A stretch of DNA of 64,000 nucleotides from assembly GCA_965644295.1 (NCBI GenBank), contig CBFFRP010000363.1, positions 1 to 64,000 of the forward strand. Direction: 5' to 3'. The DNA comes from Paraphysomonas bandaiensis (Eukaryota; Protista; Chrysophyceae). The notes under the pieces were generated by a model. It did no database searches, was not told the DNA's origin, and saw only the letters and a list, made by a program, of their open reading frames with translations. This document shows positions 48,220 through 63,096 of the stretch, piece after piece. A program made the position numbers and the translations under genes. Position 1 is the first letter of the stretch. The number at the start of each line of letters is the position of its first letter.

Positions 48220-49369
48220 TTAAATAACAACGCTATGGGGAATGGTATCAGGAATAAGAGAGAGGAATTCCGTCATGACGTTGAGTTCTTGAACATTGAC
48301 ATCTCTCTTCAAGGCAGGGTAAGAAATCGCAACGACAAATCGATATCTGTGAAAACAAAGTTATATGATCAAATTATCTATACGGAGACGGATAGACGTA
48401 CCTAGCTTTTGTGTCGAACACAGGTTTCATTGCGAGGTAATTAAGAAACATATCACCCGTTCGACGCCTATTAGTCACGACTACACGAACAGGTTTCGCA
48501 TCTCTCAATGCTTCGCTCATACGAGCTACACTGTCTCGCTCCGTCTGAGGGCACTGCATAAATCTGCAATTAACGCCCGCAATGTTGTGGCGGTTATACC
48601 CTGTAGATAATTCGAACTGCTTGTTGGCATAGATGATGGGGAACCCAGGGCGCTCAGTGCTGGCACTAGCTACAGACACGGCAAAAGGCAGACTTTCCAG
48701 AGTCTGGTAGAACCGTTGCATAAAATTTTCAATAGATGTGTAAAAATGTTGATTGGACGGTCTCAGCGCTTTCATAACACGGACCATCGGACTGTCACTG
48801 GTATTCTGCTGCAAGGTGAGTGGAATACCCATTTTAACATTAATACTGTTGGTACATTTATCTTCTGCTGGGATAGACGCATACTCGGCACTATGCATAA
48901 ATCGAACGCATTCTCGCCATATCAGCAATGTGGCTGAATCAAATATGGTCATCACCATGCCCTGAGCAAAGGTCTCCGGGTTTGTGGCGTAAGAGCAATC
49001 TCGATAGTCCGAATCAGTCATGTTTATCACCTCCGGAAGACAAAAAGTATCCTTTACACTATTAAGAATACTCGAATTATACTCCTCACTGTTGTTACTT
49101 TTCTTCATAAAAGGAACTAAAGAATCGAAAAACTTGAGATCTGTATTGACATGACTGTTGATTAGGTATGATATGAATGCCTTCCTGCCACTGACAGATG
49201 CCATCACACATCGAAAACATGTGACCTCCGCTGATAATCCCGGATCCTCAGCACATGAGAGGGTTGTCATTGTCTTTGTACTATCTTCATGTCCTCCTTT
49301 ATTAAGGGGAACAATCTTGAGTTTGCTACCAGTCTCTGGTGACTGATATCTACCATACGTAACACCCAT
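48220..49369 (-). CDS. RGS-like + LOV blue-light sensor protein (2 exons)
   Basis: GFPIIYANKQFELSTGYNRHNIAGVNCRFMQ...TNRRRTGDMFLNYLAMKPVFD (LOV with photoactive Cys); GRKAFISYL...LKFF...RFMHSAEY (RGS-like). An intron after KAR leads to exon YRFVVAISY...FLSLIPDTIPHSVVI*. Confidence 0.88.
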
Positions 49370-50049
49370 ACTGATTAACACACTACACTATGTCCTCTGT
49401 GCTCAATATATTAATATATAGGGGCTTATTCAATCATATGAATTACCATATGAATTAATTGCATATGGTCGAATGAAGCAGTGTGGGATTGGTGTGTATT
49501 GTATGTCCAATGCTTTAGTGTGAGTGAATCTATATGTTCGGTTAGGTATGGAAGGATGCATATGGGGGGGGATGTATACCATACATACATACTAAGAGAA
49601 GGTGGGCTCGGGTGTGTCATCATGTGTTTTTTCTTTTGTTTAACGTGTTTTTTCATACGAATATTAATATGTGTGGTGGTGATAAGGGGGAAGTTAGTGA
49701 AACTGGTGATGTGGAGGGTAAATGGGATTAGAATTCAGAATACTAGTAGTATCTTGAACAGATACTAATTTTCATTTCATTACTTTCGGATATCAAAAAA
49801 ACTGAAAATAATAAACTGAAAATCTGAATATGATTACAATCAAATCAACTCATACAGACATATATGCATATATATAGCTGCCATAGCATGAATATCGACC
49901 AGATTCTATCTCTATCACTGCAAAACACACCATAGTTTTGTCTTATCAATCATTTTCATGCCCTGGTCATTAGCTTGATACCCTTTAAGTGGACTGGTTA
50001 CCTCTCTATTTCCTCTAAATAAACGTCCTGGAAATAAGCGGATACTATA

Positions 50050-52112
50050 ATGAAAAGAAAGTCATCAAAGCACCATCATCACCATCAGTACCTCACAGAT
50101 GTTGGGCCTGGAGGAAGACATAAATATGCCACTCGGTAAATGAGATTTTTTGTGTTTATAAGTCACTAATTACTGCACTCACAGGCATCTCGCTGCACTT
50201 GATTTTCTGCAGTCCATTTCGATGAAGAATGAGCATAGAATTATGGAATCTTGTTACGAAGTTAAGTTTTTATCATCTGGAACACATAGCGGAGTACAAG
50301 GTGGCAGTGAAGGAAAAATAGATAGTCAACACCCAAATGTTACACTCCCAAGAGAAGAAGGACCTAGTATAGCTGGAGGAAGAAAGTTAGACGGTAGATA
50401 TGCGCCAGTAGCATCCGTACCGAGACATATGAGGTACATTATAGTTGTCCTAATATTTTTCTGTGCCAAGTATGAACTAATGCGTGGATTTAACAGGTAT
50501 CGTATGAATCGCTTTAATGAGCAAAGTGCGTTAGTTAAACAATGGGAAGACGCACTCCTTCACACCCAGATGCCATCCTCGACACATACTAGTCAACTTC
50601 CTAATATTGGAAACACCGGAGGACTGCTCGGTTCACGTCTTTTTTTTTCTCGGTCTCACGGATACCCTCTCAGTATGCTCAGCGTTATACCCTACACTCC
50701 TGAAGCAGAAAAGGTCTGGTTATCGAATATATCAGGCGCATACATCCAGCTCATTCTGTGCTGTGTTTCTTAGGCCAGGGCAGAGAAGCAAGCAGAGTCT
50801 AGTCAGGGTGCGAAGACATACAAACTTCCCCAGAGGGATTGGCGAGGTATCAGCTTCCGGGGATATTTCCAGGTACATCAATCTTGTGTTCTCTTCGATG
50901 ATAATGCCTATGTATACATCAGGACACCGGAAATTCGACAGAGGGCGATCTCTCTTCCCCCAGTCAGCAGCAATCACTTCCTGTTCCTCGAGTGGAGGCA
51001 CCGTCTGGAAACTATCTGCATGATCCATATACTCTGGATGACCCGGACATGATGCAGGCATGTTCATGTTATCATTATCTAAAATAGGTTATTGTAGTGA
51101 TATGTGTACTGTAACTAGGGCAAGCATCGATACGTGTTGCGAGGTGATGCCAGTACTGGTCCTGTCATGTCTTCGGTTATCCTCTTTGTTAATGCCAAAG
51201 ATCTTAAAGATGTAGGCAACTCTTTGGAGCGAATATTATGGTCTGATTTTACTTCGCAGGACCTAAATGAAAAATTCCGTGAGCGTCATCCTACGCTGCC
51301 GCAGACACTCAGTCTAAGCAAAGTATGGCCATATTTTTAGCATACGTACACTCATATATATTATAATTATTTACTAGATTAGGAACTTAAAGAAGGCTGC
51401 GTTGCTTGGGAGTTTAGCACTAGATCTTGAGGTATCAACAGTGGCAATCGCGTTTATATGTTTCGAGCAGCTCTGTCTCAAGGTACAACGCAATATATTT
51501 TCTAGATTTTAATATGCGACGCATATATCTACCATATATAATAGTGGTATTATACTTGTAGCTAAGAATGTTTTCTGTTAGGGATTGGTCACTAAAGCCA
51601 ACAGAAGACTTTCAATGGCTGTGTGTCTCATCCTAGCTGTCAAATTTAATGAGTCAATATCAGATACTTGGTGTGTATACCTCTATTGTCACTAATACTT
51701 TGGTGATGCTTAAATTTATGTAGCTTGGACTCTGTGTTTGAATTCGCGGATAGGCAGTGGTCGATACCAAAGAAAGAGGTGACTTGTAAACTGCATATGC
51801 GAAATGGTTCTTGACTTGCCACAGATTTTGGAGGCCGAGTTTGGAGCATTTATGCATCTTAATTTCTCCCTTCATGTTCCACACGAGCATGTGTTTGTGG
51901 TCTATTCGAGGCTACTTAAGCAAATGCACAAGACTTCGCGAGTGTACTTAGGGGACGATGTGCACGGAGAATACACACAGGTCCTGCATTCTTTATTTTT
52001 TTTCGATCCTGTTGACTTGACTTGTTAGAGCTTGTTGGATCTTGATGCTAGTAGGAGGGACGCACTTAGAAAAGCTGCTGCACAACTATCACAAGATGAG
52101 AAATCTGTTTGA
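50050..52112 (+). CDS. CABLES-like cyclin-box protein (Cdk5 and Abl enzyme substrate family)
   Basis: ALDFLQSIS, LDDP, DLNEKFRERHP...LSLSKIRNLK...EVSTVAIAFICFEQL...VTKANRRLSMAVCLILAVKFN...EAEFGAFMHLNFSLHVP. Confidence 0.85.
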
Positions 52113-52625
52113 CGTAGTGGTCGACATATGCTATTTATATTCAGTCTTCCTTGGAAATATAATGGGGTACTGTCTATGTATAATATATATGTCGCTAAAT
52201 ATGGTACTGATACGTTTAGTATTTAGTACAGTCTATTATTAAGTGACTCTGTAAATAATTTATAAGATTTTCATAGTTAATTTTTCTACACAAGTGACAC
52301 TGATATTGCTGAGTGTTCCTTGTACCACAAAAGTATTTCGCTTTAAGTGGGCAGAACAATATCTGCTGACTACACATATGCTATATGCAGCTCATGTTAG
52401 TTTACCCCCAGTACACCACGAAAAGGTGCGAGTCCAACTTTGTTGGGGGTACCATGAATCATGATAAAAGCGCAAAGCGCCATGCAGTGGCTGAAAATCA
52501 GTCAGAAACGTCATAAGTACAATCTTATTAGCATATATCCCGTCATCAGACGGGTGGTAGAAACAACTATAACTAACTATTTCATGACTAACGATCTAAG
52601 AATAAAGATAAAAAGCCCGCTAGAA

Positions 52626-55600
52626 CTAAAATTCTTTATTGTCATGGCCACGAAGCAACAGAAGTGGCACAATCGCGACAACTACTGGAATCAAGACGAG
52701 GTACTTCAACCACACATAGAATCTAGTGCTCACTGAAATCTCCACAGTGTCTTCGAAGTATTGGCCGTGGTCGTTATACATGCCGACCACCAGGTTGAGA
52801 GTCTCCGGAGGCACTACAGGAAGATTCACAGTATATCGCCCAGGCCGAGAGAACTCCTTCGTAAGCATGGGTTCCATCTTGTTGGTGCCTCGAGTGAATA
52901 CCACAGTGTAACGGGGAGTGAACCCCACCAACTTCCTTGTATCCCAAATATCAAAAGATACGGCAATTGTGGGGCCACCTTTCACGTCTGTGTAACTGTA
53001 ACATATGTAATAGTAAGTCCATTAAATGGATACACAGCCTGCGTGGTACCTGAGCAACTTTTTCATTCTAAGGGGGATAGATATACCGGATTGTCCATGA
53101 GTAAAGACATTGCCTCTGTGCTTAGGGAAAGAAGACCATGTATTTAGAGGGTGGTGGGGAACCTACACGCACAGCAATCACAATCTAACTCACAAGATGA
53201 GAAACTGTATACGAACCTGTGTCTCCAGTACATGTAGATGTCCAGTAATGGTACCAACTACTATGTCCAGAAGGCCGTTACCCGTTACATCGTCGACTAA
53301 CGGTGTACTATATATGTGTTCGCCGAGGTCAATTCTCTCAGCACATGTGTGTTTGCCGTCTATAATATACAGGTGTCCGTCAAATGAAGGGATCAGGAGA
53401 TGCAATGATGGTTTCGGTTTCTTAGAATCTTGTTGTTTGTGCCACTCAGAAAGAATTTGATGACGCCTGGAGCGCCTCCGCGGCTTGTCCTGATTCTTGC
53501 CTAAAGTATTAGAATCGGTACTGCTGTCTGCTCCGGGCCCCTTGGATGAAACACCACGCATTCCATCAAGTCTCCTGCGCACTTCCTCAGCACCGGTCTC
53601 AGGAACAGGATCATGCTCTTGCTGTTCCTCAGAACCCTCCTGTGGTGGCTCTTGCTCCACACTGGCGCTAGATGGGGCGGCTGCAGGCTCATGTCCAGCG
53701 CTGTTTCGAGTCCAGAGAGGGGCATGAGGGTCAGAGTATGTGCTTGGAGATAAAACGTCCCTAGATTCACGGTATATGTGCAGATCAACGAGAACAATTG
53801 GAGCAGATACCTCTCCGCCTACAGGTAGAGCAAAAGGGTAATTGGGAAGAACCTTGCCTGTATGTATGTACGGGTAAGTTCACTACGGACTGTGCGTGTC
53901 ATAAACATACCAGTATCTCCTCTCACAGCATACACATGATATCCATCCAGGGCGGCTACAGCAACGACCACATCCAGAAAACCGTCTCCATCTACATCAC
54001 CAATGGTTGGTGTGTGATATATAGCACCTGACAATCTACCCAAAACGGCACATTACATCAGTAACATAGTAAATTAGGCGACGAACCTAACGTCCCACAA
54101 CACGTCACCGTTCACATCAAGGCAAACCAGATTGCCACCTAGATCTCCCAATATCATCTCAAGATCTGGGCCACCTCGAACATCTGCGACAGCAACTTGT
54201 GCCTATAGATACCAGTCACACATAAAGGACTCATCGAACACAAACCTAAACCTGAATCTCATGAAACTGCATCGGGAAGAAGCGTCGACAGAAACCGGTG
54301 TCCCCTGGGAGGACGCGAGTGCGTTATAATAGCGCCACAAAAATTTATAAAGACACTTACCATCCAACACATAGAGCAGACCCAAAGATGTGCCTACGAT
54401 CACCTCTGATCTCCCATCCCCATCTAAGTCAGCGACAGTGGGAGCTGCGTGAATAAGTGCTTTGAACTTAGTCTTATCAGTGGTGAGGTCCAAGTGAACC
54501 ATCCAGGACCATGACTCGCTCACAATATTCCAGCATGCAATTCCCCCGGCAATGAAGTCTCGTGGGTCATAATCAAGTCCATTAGCTGTACTTAAACTTT
54601 AGCAGTGCGAAGTTACAATACCATATACTATTACGTGGTAATTTTATACATGCATAAGTATCAATGGTGTACACATTACCTGGGTGCTCTTCTCTGTCGA
54701 AGTAGTACGAGACAGGAATGATGATCTCAACATTACCATCGTTGTTTACATCTGCTAGAGTGGGAGAGGCCAAAACATGTGGGTCCACATACACGTAGTT
54801 ACTGTCGTTAAAGAATCCGCCCATATAACCTGCGACCATCAACGTGAATCAAGTATGGCGTATAAAAGAGAACCGCACCACCATAGAACATATCGTCGCC
54901 CATGTAGCGCCTGTGCATATAATGTTGTTGATGGTTTGAGATGTAGTCGTCCACCCATTCAGATGGGTCTCCCCCTCCTAGCGGTCCCACATCGTCATCC
55001 CACTTTGGGGGCATATAGTGCTCAGCAATATCCTCGATATCAATGTCGGTAGTGTCCCTGTGATCGACCTTTTCCTCCCCATCTTCCTCCACTGTGGGTT
55101 TTCCATTCCCACCACTACCATCAGATTCATGTGTTTCCTCTGCCTCTCTCTGAACTTCATCAAGTACCCGCAGATTATTTTCGCCTCTGTCAGATAAATC
55201 TGGAATACCGCAATAAAGAATAGACCGGTCAGCATGAATTATGACGACAGTCAAATGTGTAGCACGCACCTTTCTTTTCCGGAGAATCATGCACTCCAAC
55301 TTTCAGCGGTGTCATTTCCTCGCTAGATTCCTGTAGCATCTTCCGGCCCTGAGGTACAGAGAACTTTATGGAATATCACTATGAGAAGGCAAACGTACCA
55401 GATAAGTGTCGGCAGCTGAGTCTCTGGAGCTGTAGAACTGCAGTCTGCGCCTTGAATTAACATCGGGGTTCTGCTCCGGATAAGTATCTTGCTTAACCGG
55501 GCCTTGTAGATCATCCGGTTTCACAACCTGATCAGCATGACAATCACAACATATATCATGTAGACATAATGACACAAGGCACTGTCAAGAGAGCAAAACC

Positions 55601-56329
55601 TGATTTGTTTTCTTCGCCTCATATCTGTTGTCGAACATAGACGTCATTACATAAGCATCAAGAAATTGCGGATCCATGCCAGTCGCCCAATCCTTCTTCA
55701 CTTTTAATTTAGGTACCTACATATACATATTAAATTTTACATTTCCAATTCACATGACGTACCTGAACATGAAAGTCCTCTAGATATTGTCCAAATTCTC
55801 CCAATCGAATCCAAAACAGATTTGCATTCTTGTCAACTACCCCAATATCATTGGTGCCATCCCCATCAATATCATAAAGCACTGGGCTACCCTGAAAAGA
55901 GGAACCGTCAAAACCGAGAGGGAAGCCCCATGGTTTGAACCCACTGTGTCCGAGGACCTCCACATATTGATAGAAAGTGTTTAAGAAAATTTGTTTCTTT
56001 CCATCATCTCCTGATGGAAATATCACAGGTGTTGCATAGACGGATGATCCCACTGCAGATGACCATTTAAGCTCTGCGTCGATATTACACGACTCTAGTG
56101 AAGAACTCAAACGAGAAATATGCTGCAGAGTGATCGGTGTGGCGTTATGATAGGCTGTAAAGCGCTTCACATCATTGTAGTCTGGGACTATCTTCTCAAT
56201 GTCTCCATCTGCTCTGAGGGGGTTTGATATGGAGGCCTGTATAGGAGACAACACCACTGACAGTATAACTAACACACAGAGATAGAGAGGATGATACGGG
56301 TTACTACATTGCGCACCACGGAGACTCAT
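52626..56329 (-). CDS. DEX1 (defective in exine formation 1)-like FG-GAP repeat type I membrane protein
   Basis: Signal peptide; repeats DIDGDG, DVNNDG, DLDGDG, DVDGDG, DVTGNG; [13 protein letters not shown]...VSYYFD; C-terminal [14 protein letters not shown]. Confidence 0.88.
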
Positions 56330-56423
56330 AGTGATTGGTACACAGCACTGCGGAATGGGCAGCGGGAGTGGTGTGATGAGATTATTCGCAGTAGCAGTGC
56401 CACTTTATTTAATAAGCATAGCC

Positions 56424-57293
56424 TACATACATACATACATACATACATACATACCTACATACATACCTACATACATACATACATACATACCTACATACAT
56501 ACATACATACATACATACATACATACATACATACATACATACATACATACATACATACATACATACATACATACATACATACATACATACATACATACAT
56601 ACATACATACATACATACATACATACATACATACATACATACATACATACATACATACATACATACATACATACATACATACATACATACATACATACAT
56701 ACATACATACATACATACATACATACATACACACATACATACATACATACATACATACATACATACATACATACATACATACATACATACATACATACAT
56801 ACATACATACATACATACATACATACATACATACATACATACATACATACATACATACATACATACATACATACATACATACATACATACATACATACAT
56901 ACATACATACATACATACATACATACATACATACATACATACATACATACATACATACATACATACATACATACATACATACATACATACATACATACAT
57001 ACATACATACATACATACATACATACATACATACATACATACATACATACATACATACATACATACATACATACATACATACATACATACATACATACAT
57101 ACATACATACATACATACATACATACATACATACATACATACATACATACATACATACATACATACATACATACATACATACATACATACATACATACAT
57201 ACATACATACATACATACATACATACATACATACTACATACATACATACATACATACATACATACATACATACATACATACATACATACATAC
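56424..57293. repeat. (TACA)n microsatellite, ~870 bp with a few TACC variants
   Basis: Directly visible, between the DEX1-like and HDAC start codons. Confidence 0.99.
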
Positions 57294-57467
57294 GTATGCG
57301 CAGCTGTCCAGTGGACAAGAGGGAAAGCTCCACAACATACGGGTTACATATCCCCCATCCGGGATATTGGTCGGAGTGTGCACTTGCTGTTAGAGGTTCC
57401 AAACATGCAGATAGGACCCCACTGTCTGCATTATATATCCTTACCCATATATTCATACATTGTTGCA

Positions 57468-59343
57468 ATGTCTGCGAAGCGGCGTGTAGCTTACTTCTAT
57501 GATTCGGAGATAGGGAACTACCACTACGGTCAAGGGCACCCTATGAAGGTTTGCACATGTATCTTGCACCACTGCAGTGTACTCACATCTGTGCAGCCGC
57601 ATCGTGTTCGCATGACCCATAACCTTGTTGTTAACTATGGTCTGTACCGGAAAATGGAAGTCTATCGTCCGAAGCTCATCACTGCCGATCAGCTCACTCG
57701 GTTTCATTCGGATGATTATGTTAATTTTTTACGCAAAATCACTCCAGGTTCATTACTGCATCCATGAGATGTGAGGCTTATTTCACGTTGTATATGCAGA
57801 TAATATGGGTGAATACGCCCGGCAGTTGCAGAGATTCAATGTTGGTGAAGATTGTCCCGTGTTTGATGGCCTTTTTGAGTTTTGTCAGCTCTACACTTCC
57901 GGTTCCATAGGTACATACATCGCAGGAACTAAATAGTTATTTTATCCATACAACAGCTATTACGAATATAACTGAGTATTAGTATTGTTGGCAGCTGATG
58001 TTGTTATATGGATAGGTGGTGCTGTTAGATTGAACCAGGGGGTGTCGGACGTGGTTGTAAACTGGTCGGGTGGCCTGCACCATGCCAAAAAAAGTGAGGC
58101 AAGTGGGTTTTGCTACATCAACGATTGCGTACTGGCGATTTTGGAACTTCTTAAGCATCACCAGCGAGTGCTATATATCGACATAGACATTCATCATGGC
58201 GACGGTGTGGAGGAGGCATTCTATACAAGTAACAGGTGCTTTGCTGCTTATCTCACGAAAAGACCTGACAATGTATACTATGCAGAGTGATGACTGTTTC
58301 TTTTCACAAGTTTGGTGAGTATTTTCCTGGTACCGGTGACGTGAAGGACAAGGTACAGCATCTTGTGTCATGCAAATACTGTGCCTTAATTGTTCTCACG
58401 ACGTAGGGATATTCGTCCGGCGAAAACTATGCTATCAATTGTCCACTTCATGACGGCATGGATGATGAGAGTTATAGGTACACTGGTTTATTTTACTCAT
58501 AAATATCACTGATGTGATACGATGCGTATTCACAGGTCTGTATTTCGGCCAGTCATCGGGAAAGTGATGGAGGTGTTCCAACCGGGCGCCATCGTGCTGC
58601 AGTGTGGTGCCGATAGTCTTTCTGGTACGCAATACTTATACATTCATACCTATGTGTACTTATTATCTGTGATTTATTACGTAGGCGATAGGCTGGGGTG
58701 CTTCAATTTATCGCTGAAGGGACATGGCGACTGTGTGGATTACGTGATGCAATTTGGTATACCAACGCTAGTAGTGGGGGGCGGGGGATATACTCTGCGT
58801 AACGTGCCACGGTGCTGGACCTACGAGACCTCAGTCATTTTGCAAACTCCGGTTAAGGTGCTTTCGAAATTTGCATGTTATAGAATGTGGAATTATTCTT
58901 ATATTTTATAGGATACGCTACCTTACAATGATTACTTCGAGTATTTTGCACCGGACTATAAGCTGCATCTCCCTGTGAGTAATATGGAGAATTTGAATTC
59001 TGCGAAATACATCGACGATATACGCGTTCAGGTATGTCTTGCTATCGCATATAGTAGAATCATAATACATTAGTTAACATATTCTGATGTCATATTTCAC
59101 AGCTTTGCGAGATTCTGTCTCATGTGGAGGCGGTACCCGGCACACAGATTCACACTGGACAAGACGGCACCACACAGATTCCATCAGCTGCCATCAGCGA
59201 TCTCGATATTGAGAACGACGAAGATCAGGTCAGCAAAACTTATTTGTGCGTTGAAATGGTCCCACTATACATTTCGCCAACGGTCTTATAATATTATATG
59301 TCTTTAGGCTGAAGCGATGGATGTCAGTGAGGGAAACAAATAG
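57468..59343 (+). CDS. Class I histone deacetylase (RPD3/HDAC1-2 type)
   Basis: GQGHPMK|[68 protein letters not shown]. Confidence 0.96.
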
Positions 59344-60206
59344 CGCTATACAGGAATGCACTTTTCACTAAAATTCTCCTCTTCGAAATAAGCGGTGTAA
59401 AATTTAATTCTAGCGACTGTGTTTTGGGCTATTTGAGATAAAAGAAAGTTGTAAGTGCGTGTGTATAGGGAAGTGGCGTAAATGAAAATTGTGATTTTCT
59501 GGTGAAAGCGTTAGTAATAAAGTTATGCTTGATAGCGACACAGAAATTGTTGTTAGTCATTTTCATTTGGAAGACTCCTTCTACTCATGTGTAGATGAAG
59601 TAGTGCACAAGTTGGGATATAGGAATAGGAATGAACAGCGTATTCATCCACAACAGTGAATCTTAGAATTCAACTTGCATACATAAAAGTATATCTGGAG
59701 TAGAGTGCAACTGTGATATATGCTGATGATGTATAATATAGATTAATATAAGATATAGGCAGCAATACTGGAAACTAGTGTAGAAGATAGTCTTGCAGAA
59801 AGTGAAACTTGTGATATTGTGAAAATAGGATTAATACACTTCCTTTTTTACATTGCAACAGAAAGAGAGAGTTGCTGCTAGCGATATGTAATGTGCTACT
59901 AGTACACTAGAAAAGTATAATAGCGTTGACGGAAATCTAGCTTACAATGATATCGCTCCTTAGGGTGTTCATGACATAATTAACTTAATAAAAAAGGTAG
60001 GGAGGAGTGCAGTAGGAGTATATTAATCATGAATATTCTAGTATACAATAAGTTATGATCTGTAGCTGTTTTTGTCAACACCACAGCATACTCAGCTATT
60101 ACAATATTCGATTGATTTAATTACTGTTCCGTTCGCTTCTGACAGCTACTACTAGCTAAATTAGCTGGTTTGTCACGCTCTCCTCAACTAAATATGATGC
60201 AGTATC

Positions 60207-62694
60207 TTAATATGATCTCTCAAATGGTGGTACCATCTTGCACTCCTCCTCATCCAAGGTGTACTGGTGGGTGTCACGGTACTCGAGGGATGTTTTTCCA
60301 GTCTTCTCATCATGATATGCGAGGGTGTGCGTCATCCAATCGTTATCATTACGGTCGGGGAAGTCCTCGCGGGCATGAGCACCTCGTGATTCCTTACGCG
60401 CCTCAGCAGCATACATGGTACACGCGGCGTTAGATAAGAGATTCTGTAGCTCCAGGGTCTCAACGAGATCTGTGTTCCAGATGAGAGATCTATCAGTCAC
60501 CTGTAAAGGAAATAATGAGATGCGAAAGAATAAATAACACTAACAACAACAGTAAGTATATAAGAAACAAATTCCAGTACCTTAACATCTTCAAATCTCT
60601 TTACAGTGTCGTCGATCAGATTCTTCCCCTCCGCTAAACTCTCTTGAGTACGGTACACGGCCGCGTTGTTTTGCATCACCTGTAGAAAAATTACCCCAAC
60701 AAATTAGCCTAGTGTAATTACGTGTTCATACCTTCTGCATTTGCATACGAATATCGGCAGTTGGGGAAGATCCATTGGAGTGTCTGAGCTTGTCGAGGTT
60801 AGCGATGGACTCCTGTCCAGCGTTCTCCTTGAACTCAGGTACCTGCAAAAATATTGAGGTAAGAAATATAAAAAATAATAGACAGCACCTTGTCTCCAGG
60901 TTTGCTAATTTCTGCAATTCTCAGGGCGCATCCTCTACCAAACACAACGAGGTCGAGCAAGGAATTGGCGCCTAATCTATTCGCACCATGAACAGAAGCA
61001 CAGGCGGCTTCCCCAGCAGCAAATAGACCAGGGATAACGGCATCGGGGTTTTCCTTGGTGGGCATCAACACCTCACCATAGTGGTTAGTAGGGATACCAC
61101 CCATGTCTGCGACGCAATAAGAGTAGTCTGTTAGCAGGCAACCACCACAATGAATGATATTACTCACTGTAGTGAACAGTAGGCAGGACGGGGATGGGTT
61201 CCTTGGTGACATCTACGCCTGCGAAGATGGCGGCGGTCTCAGAAATACCGGGCAGGCGCTCAGCTAACAACTCTGGAGGAAGATGGTCGAGATGCAAGAA
61301 AATGTGGTCCTTATCTTTGCCTACCCCACGGCCCTCTCTAAAGTACAATAACATGAGACGCGACAACAGACATCGCAACGAACTCACCTGATCTCCATGG
61401 TCATAGATCTTGACACAACATCTCTGGAGGCGAGGTCTTTAGCGTTGGGTGCATATCTCTCCATGAATCTTTCACCCTCAGAGTTTCTAAGGATGCCCCC
61501 CTCTCCTCTGCACCCCTCTGTGATCAGACATCCAGCTCCGTAGATACCAGTGGGATGAAACTGCACGAATTCAGGGTCTTGCAAAGGAATGCCGGCTCTC
61601 AGTGTCATCGCAGAACCGTCACCTGTGCAAGTGTGCGCAGAGGTGCAAGAAAAGTAGGCACGTCCGTAACCCCCAGTGGCCATAACAGTGTTGTTGGCTC
61701 TGATACGGTGCAGACTGCCGTCCTCCATGTTTAAGCAGAGAACACCAATGCAACGACCGTCCTGAATTATAACGTCAAGTGCGAAATACTCGATGAAGTA
61801 GGTGGTGTCGAATGCTAAAGATCTTCCGTAGAGGGTGTGAAGCATGGCGTGGCCAGTTCTGAATACAAGAATTGACCTCATCACATAAGCAAAGAGGGGG
61901 CATACCTGTCGGCAGCAGCGCAGCAACGGAAGGCCTGACCACCTTTTCCGAACTTAAGGGACTGCCCACCGAACGCGCGCTGGTAGATTTTGCCTACGAT
62001 GATAGTGAGATATAAAAAGTGCATATACGCAGCGACTACAAATCAACGCCAGTAGGTGCAAGTTTACCTGTGTCTGTGCGGGAGAAGGGCATTCCGTAGG
62101 ACTCCAACTCGAGTACAGCTCTTGGGGCTTCCCTGCACATGTAGTGGATAGAGTCTTGGTCACCTAGTACAATATATTAGATAAAAACTTACACAATCTA
62201 AAAAATATATAATTACCAAGCCAATCAGATCCCTTGACTGTATCATACATATGCCATCTCCAGTCATCCTCTGTCATGTTACCCAAGGCGGCGTTGATGC
62301 CTCCCTGTGCGGCTACAGTATGGGAACGAGTGGGGAAAAGCTTAGTGACACATGCTGTCTTAAAGCCAGCCTCAGCACTACCCATTGCAGCACGAAGACC
62401 AGCACCCCCAGCACCCACCACCACAGTGTCGTAATCATGATCCACTGAACAAAACATGAACACTCTGAGGTCATATATATAACACACATACCGACTGTGT
62501 ACTTTGATGTTAAATCATGAGCTAATTTTCCATCTGCATTTCCGGTCACTAAAGTCCTTTTAGCGGTATTTGACACAGCATTCCACTGTATGAACGACAT
62601 ACATACACAGATAAGAGACATACACATACAGCAATATAAAACATACCGCTCCTATATTCGAACGACGAAAGCAAACTCTACCCAAGAAACTCAT
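60207..62694 (-). CDS. SDHA: Succinate dehydrogenase flavoprotein subunit (mitochondrial)
   Basis: [65 protein letters not shown]; Arg-rich presequence. Confidence 0.98.
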
Positions 62695-63096
62695 CCTTCC
62701 AATTGACCAATGGGTCTATTTAATACGGAGTTAGGTAGCAATGGAGAAGATTTAGTTACTGTATAGACTCCAAATTATTCACCATAGAAGCAACACGTCA
62801 GATGAGGTGTGTGGATTGTGGTATACAATACATACATACACACACATACATATACACTGCACCACACCATATAGAGATCTACGTATACTATCCTACCTGC
62901 AACTTGACGATATCATTTTTCTGTACGTACAAAACAGATTTTCTAGGAGGATATCTTGAAAAGTCATTTTCACATTTCAGGTTTAGCTCAATGATTGGCT
63001 GCAGTTGAGTGGCAGGCGATAATAATTTATGGTTCATTGCATTGCAAAGTGCCTGCACAATACATTGCAGAATTTATATCTAGTCCACAGTACACA

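Noticed and set aside
3954-57767. Long MYVC/HTYI-repeat ORFs over the microsatellites (e.g. 39658-41016, 56331-57767)
   Set aside because: (TATG)n has no stop codon in any frame, so these are translation artefacts; the true starts (e.g. HDAC ATG 57468) lie outside the arrays.
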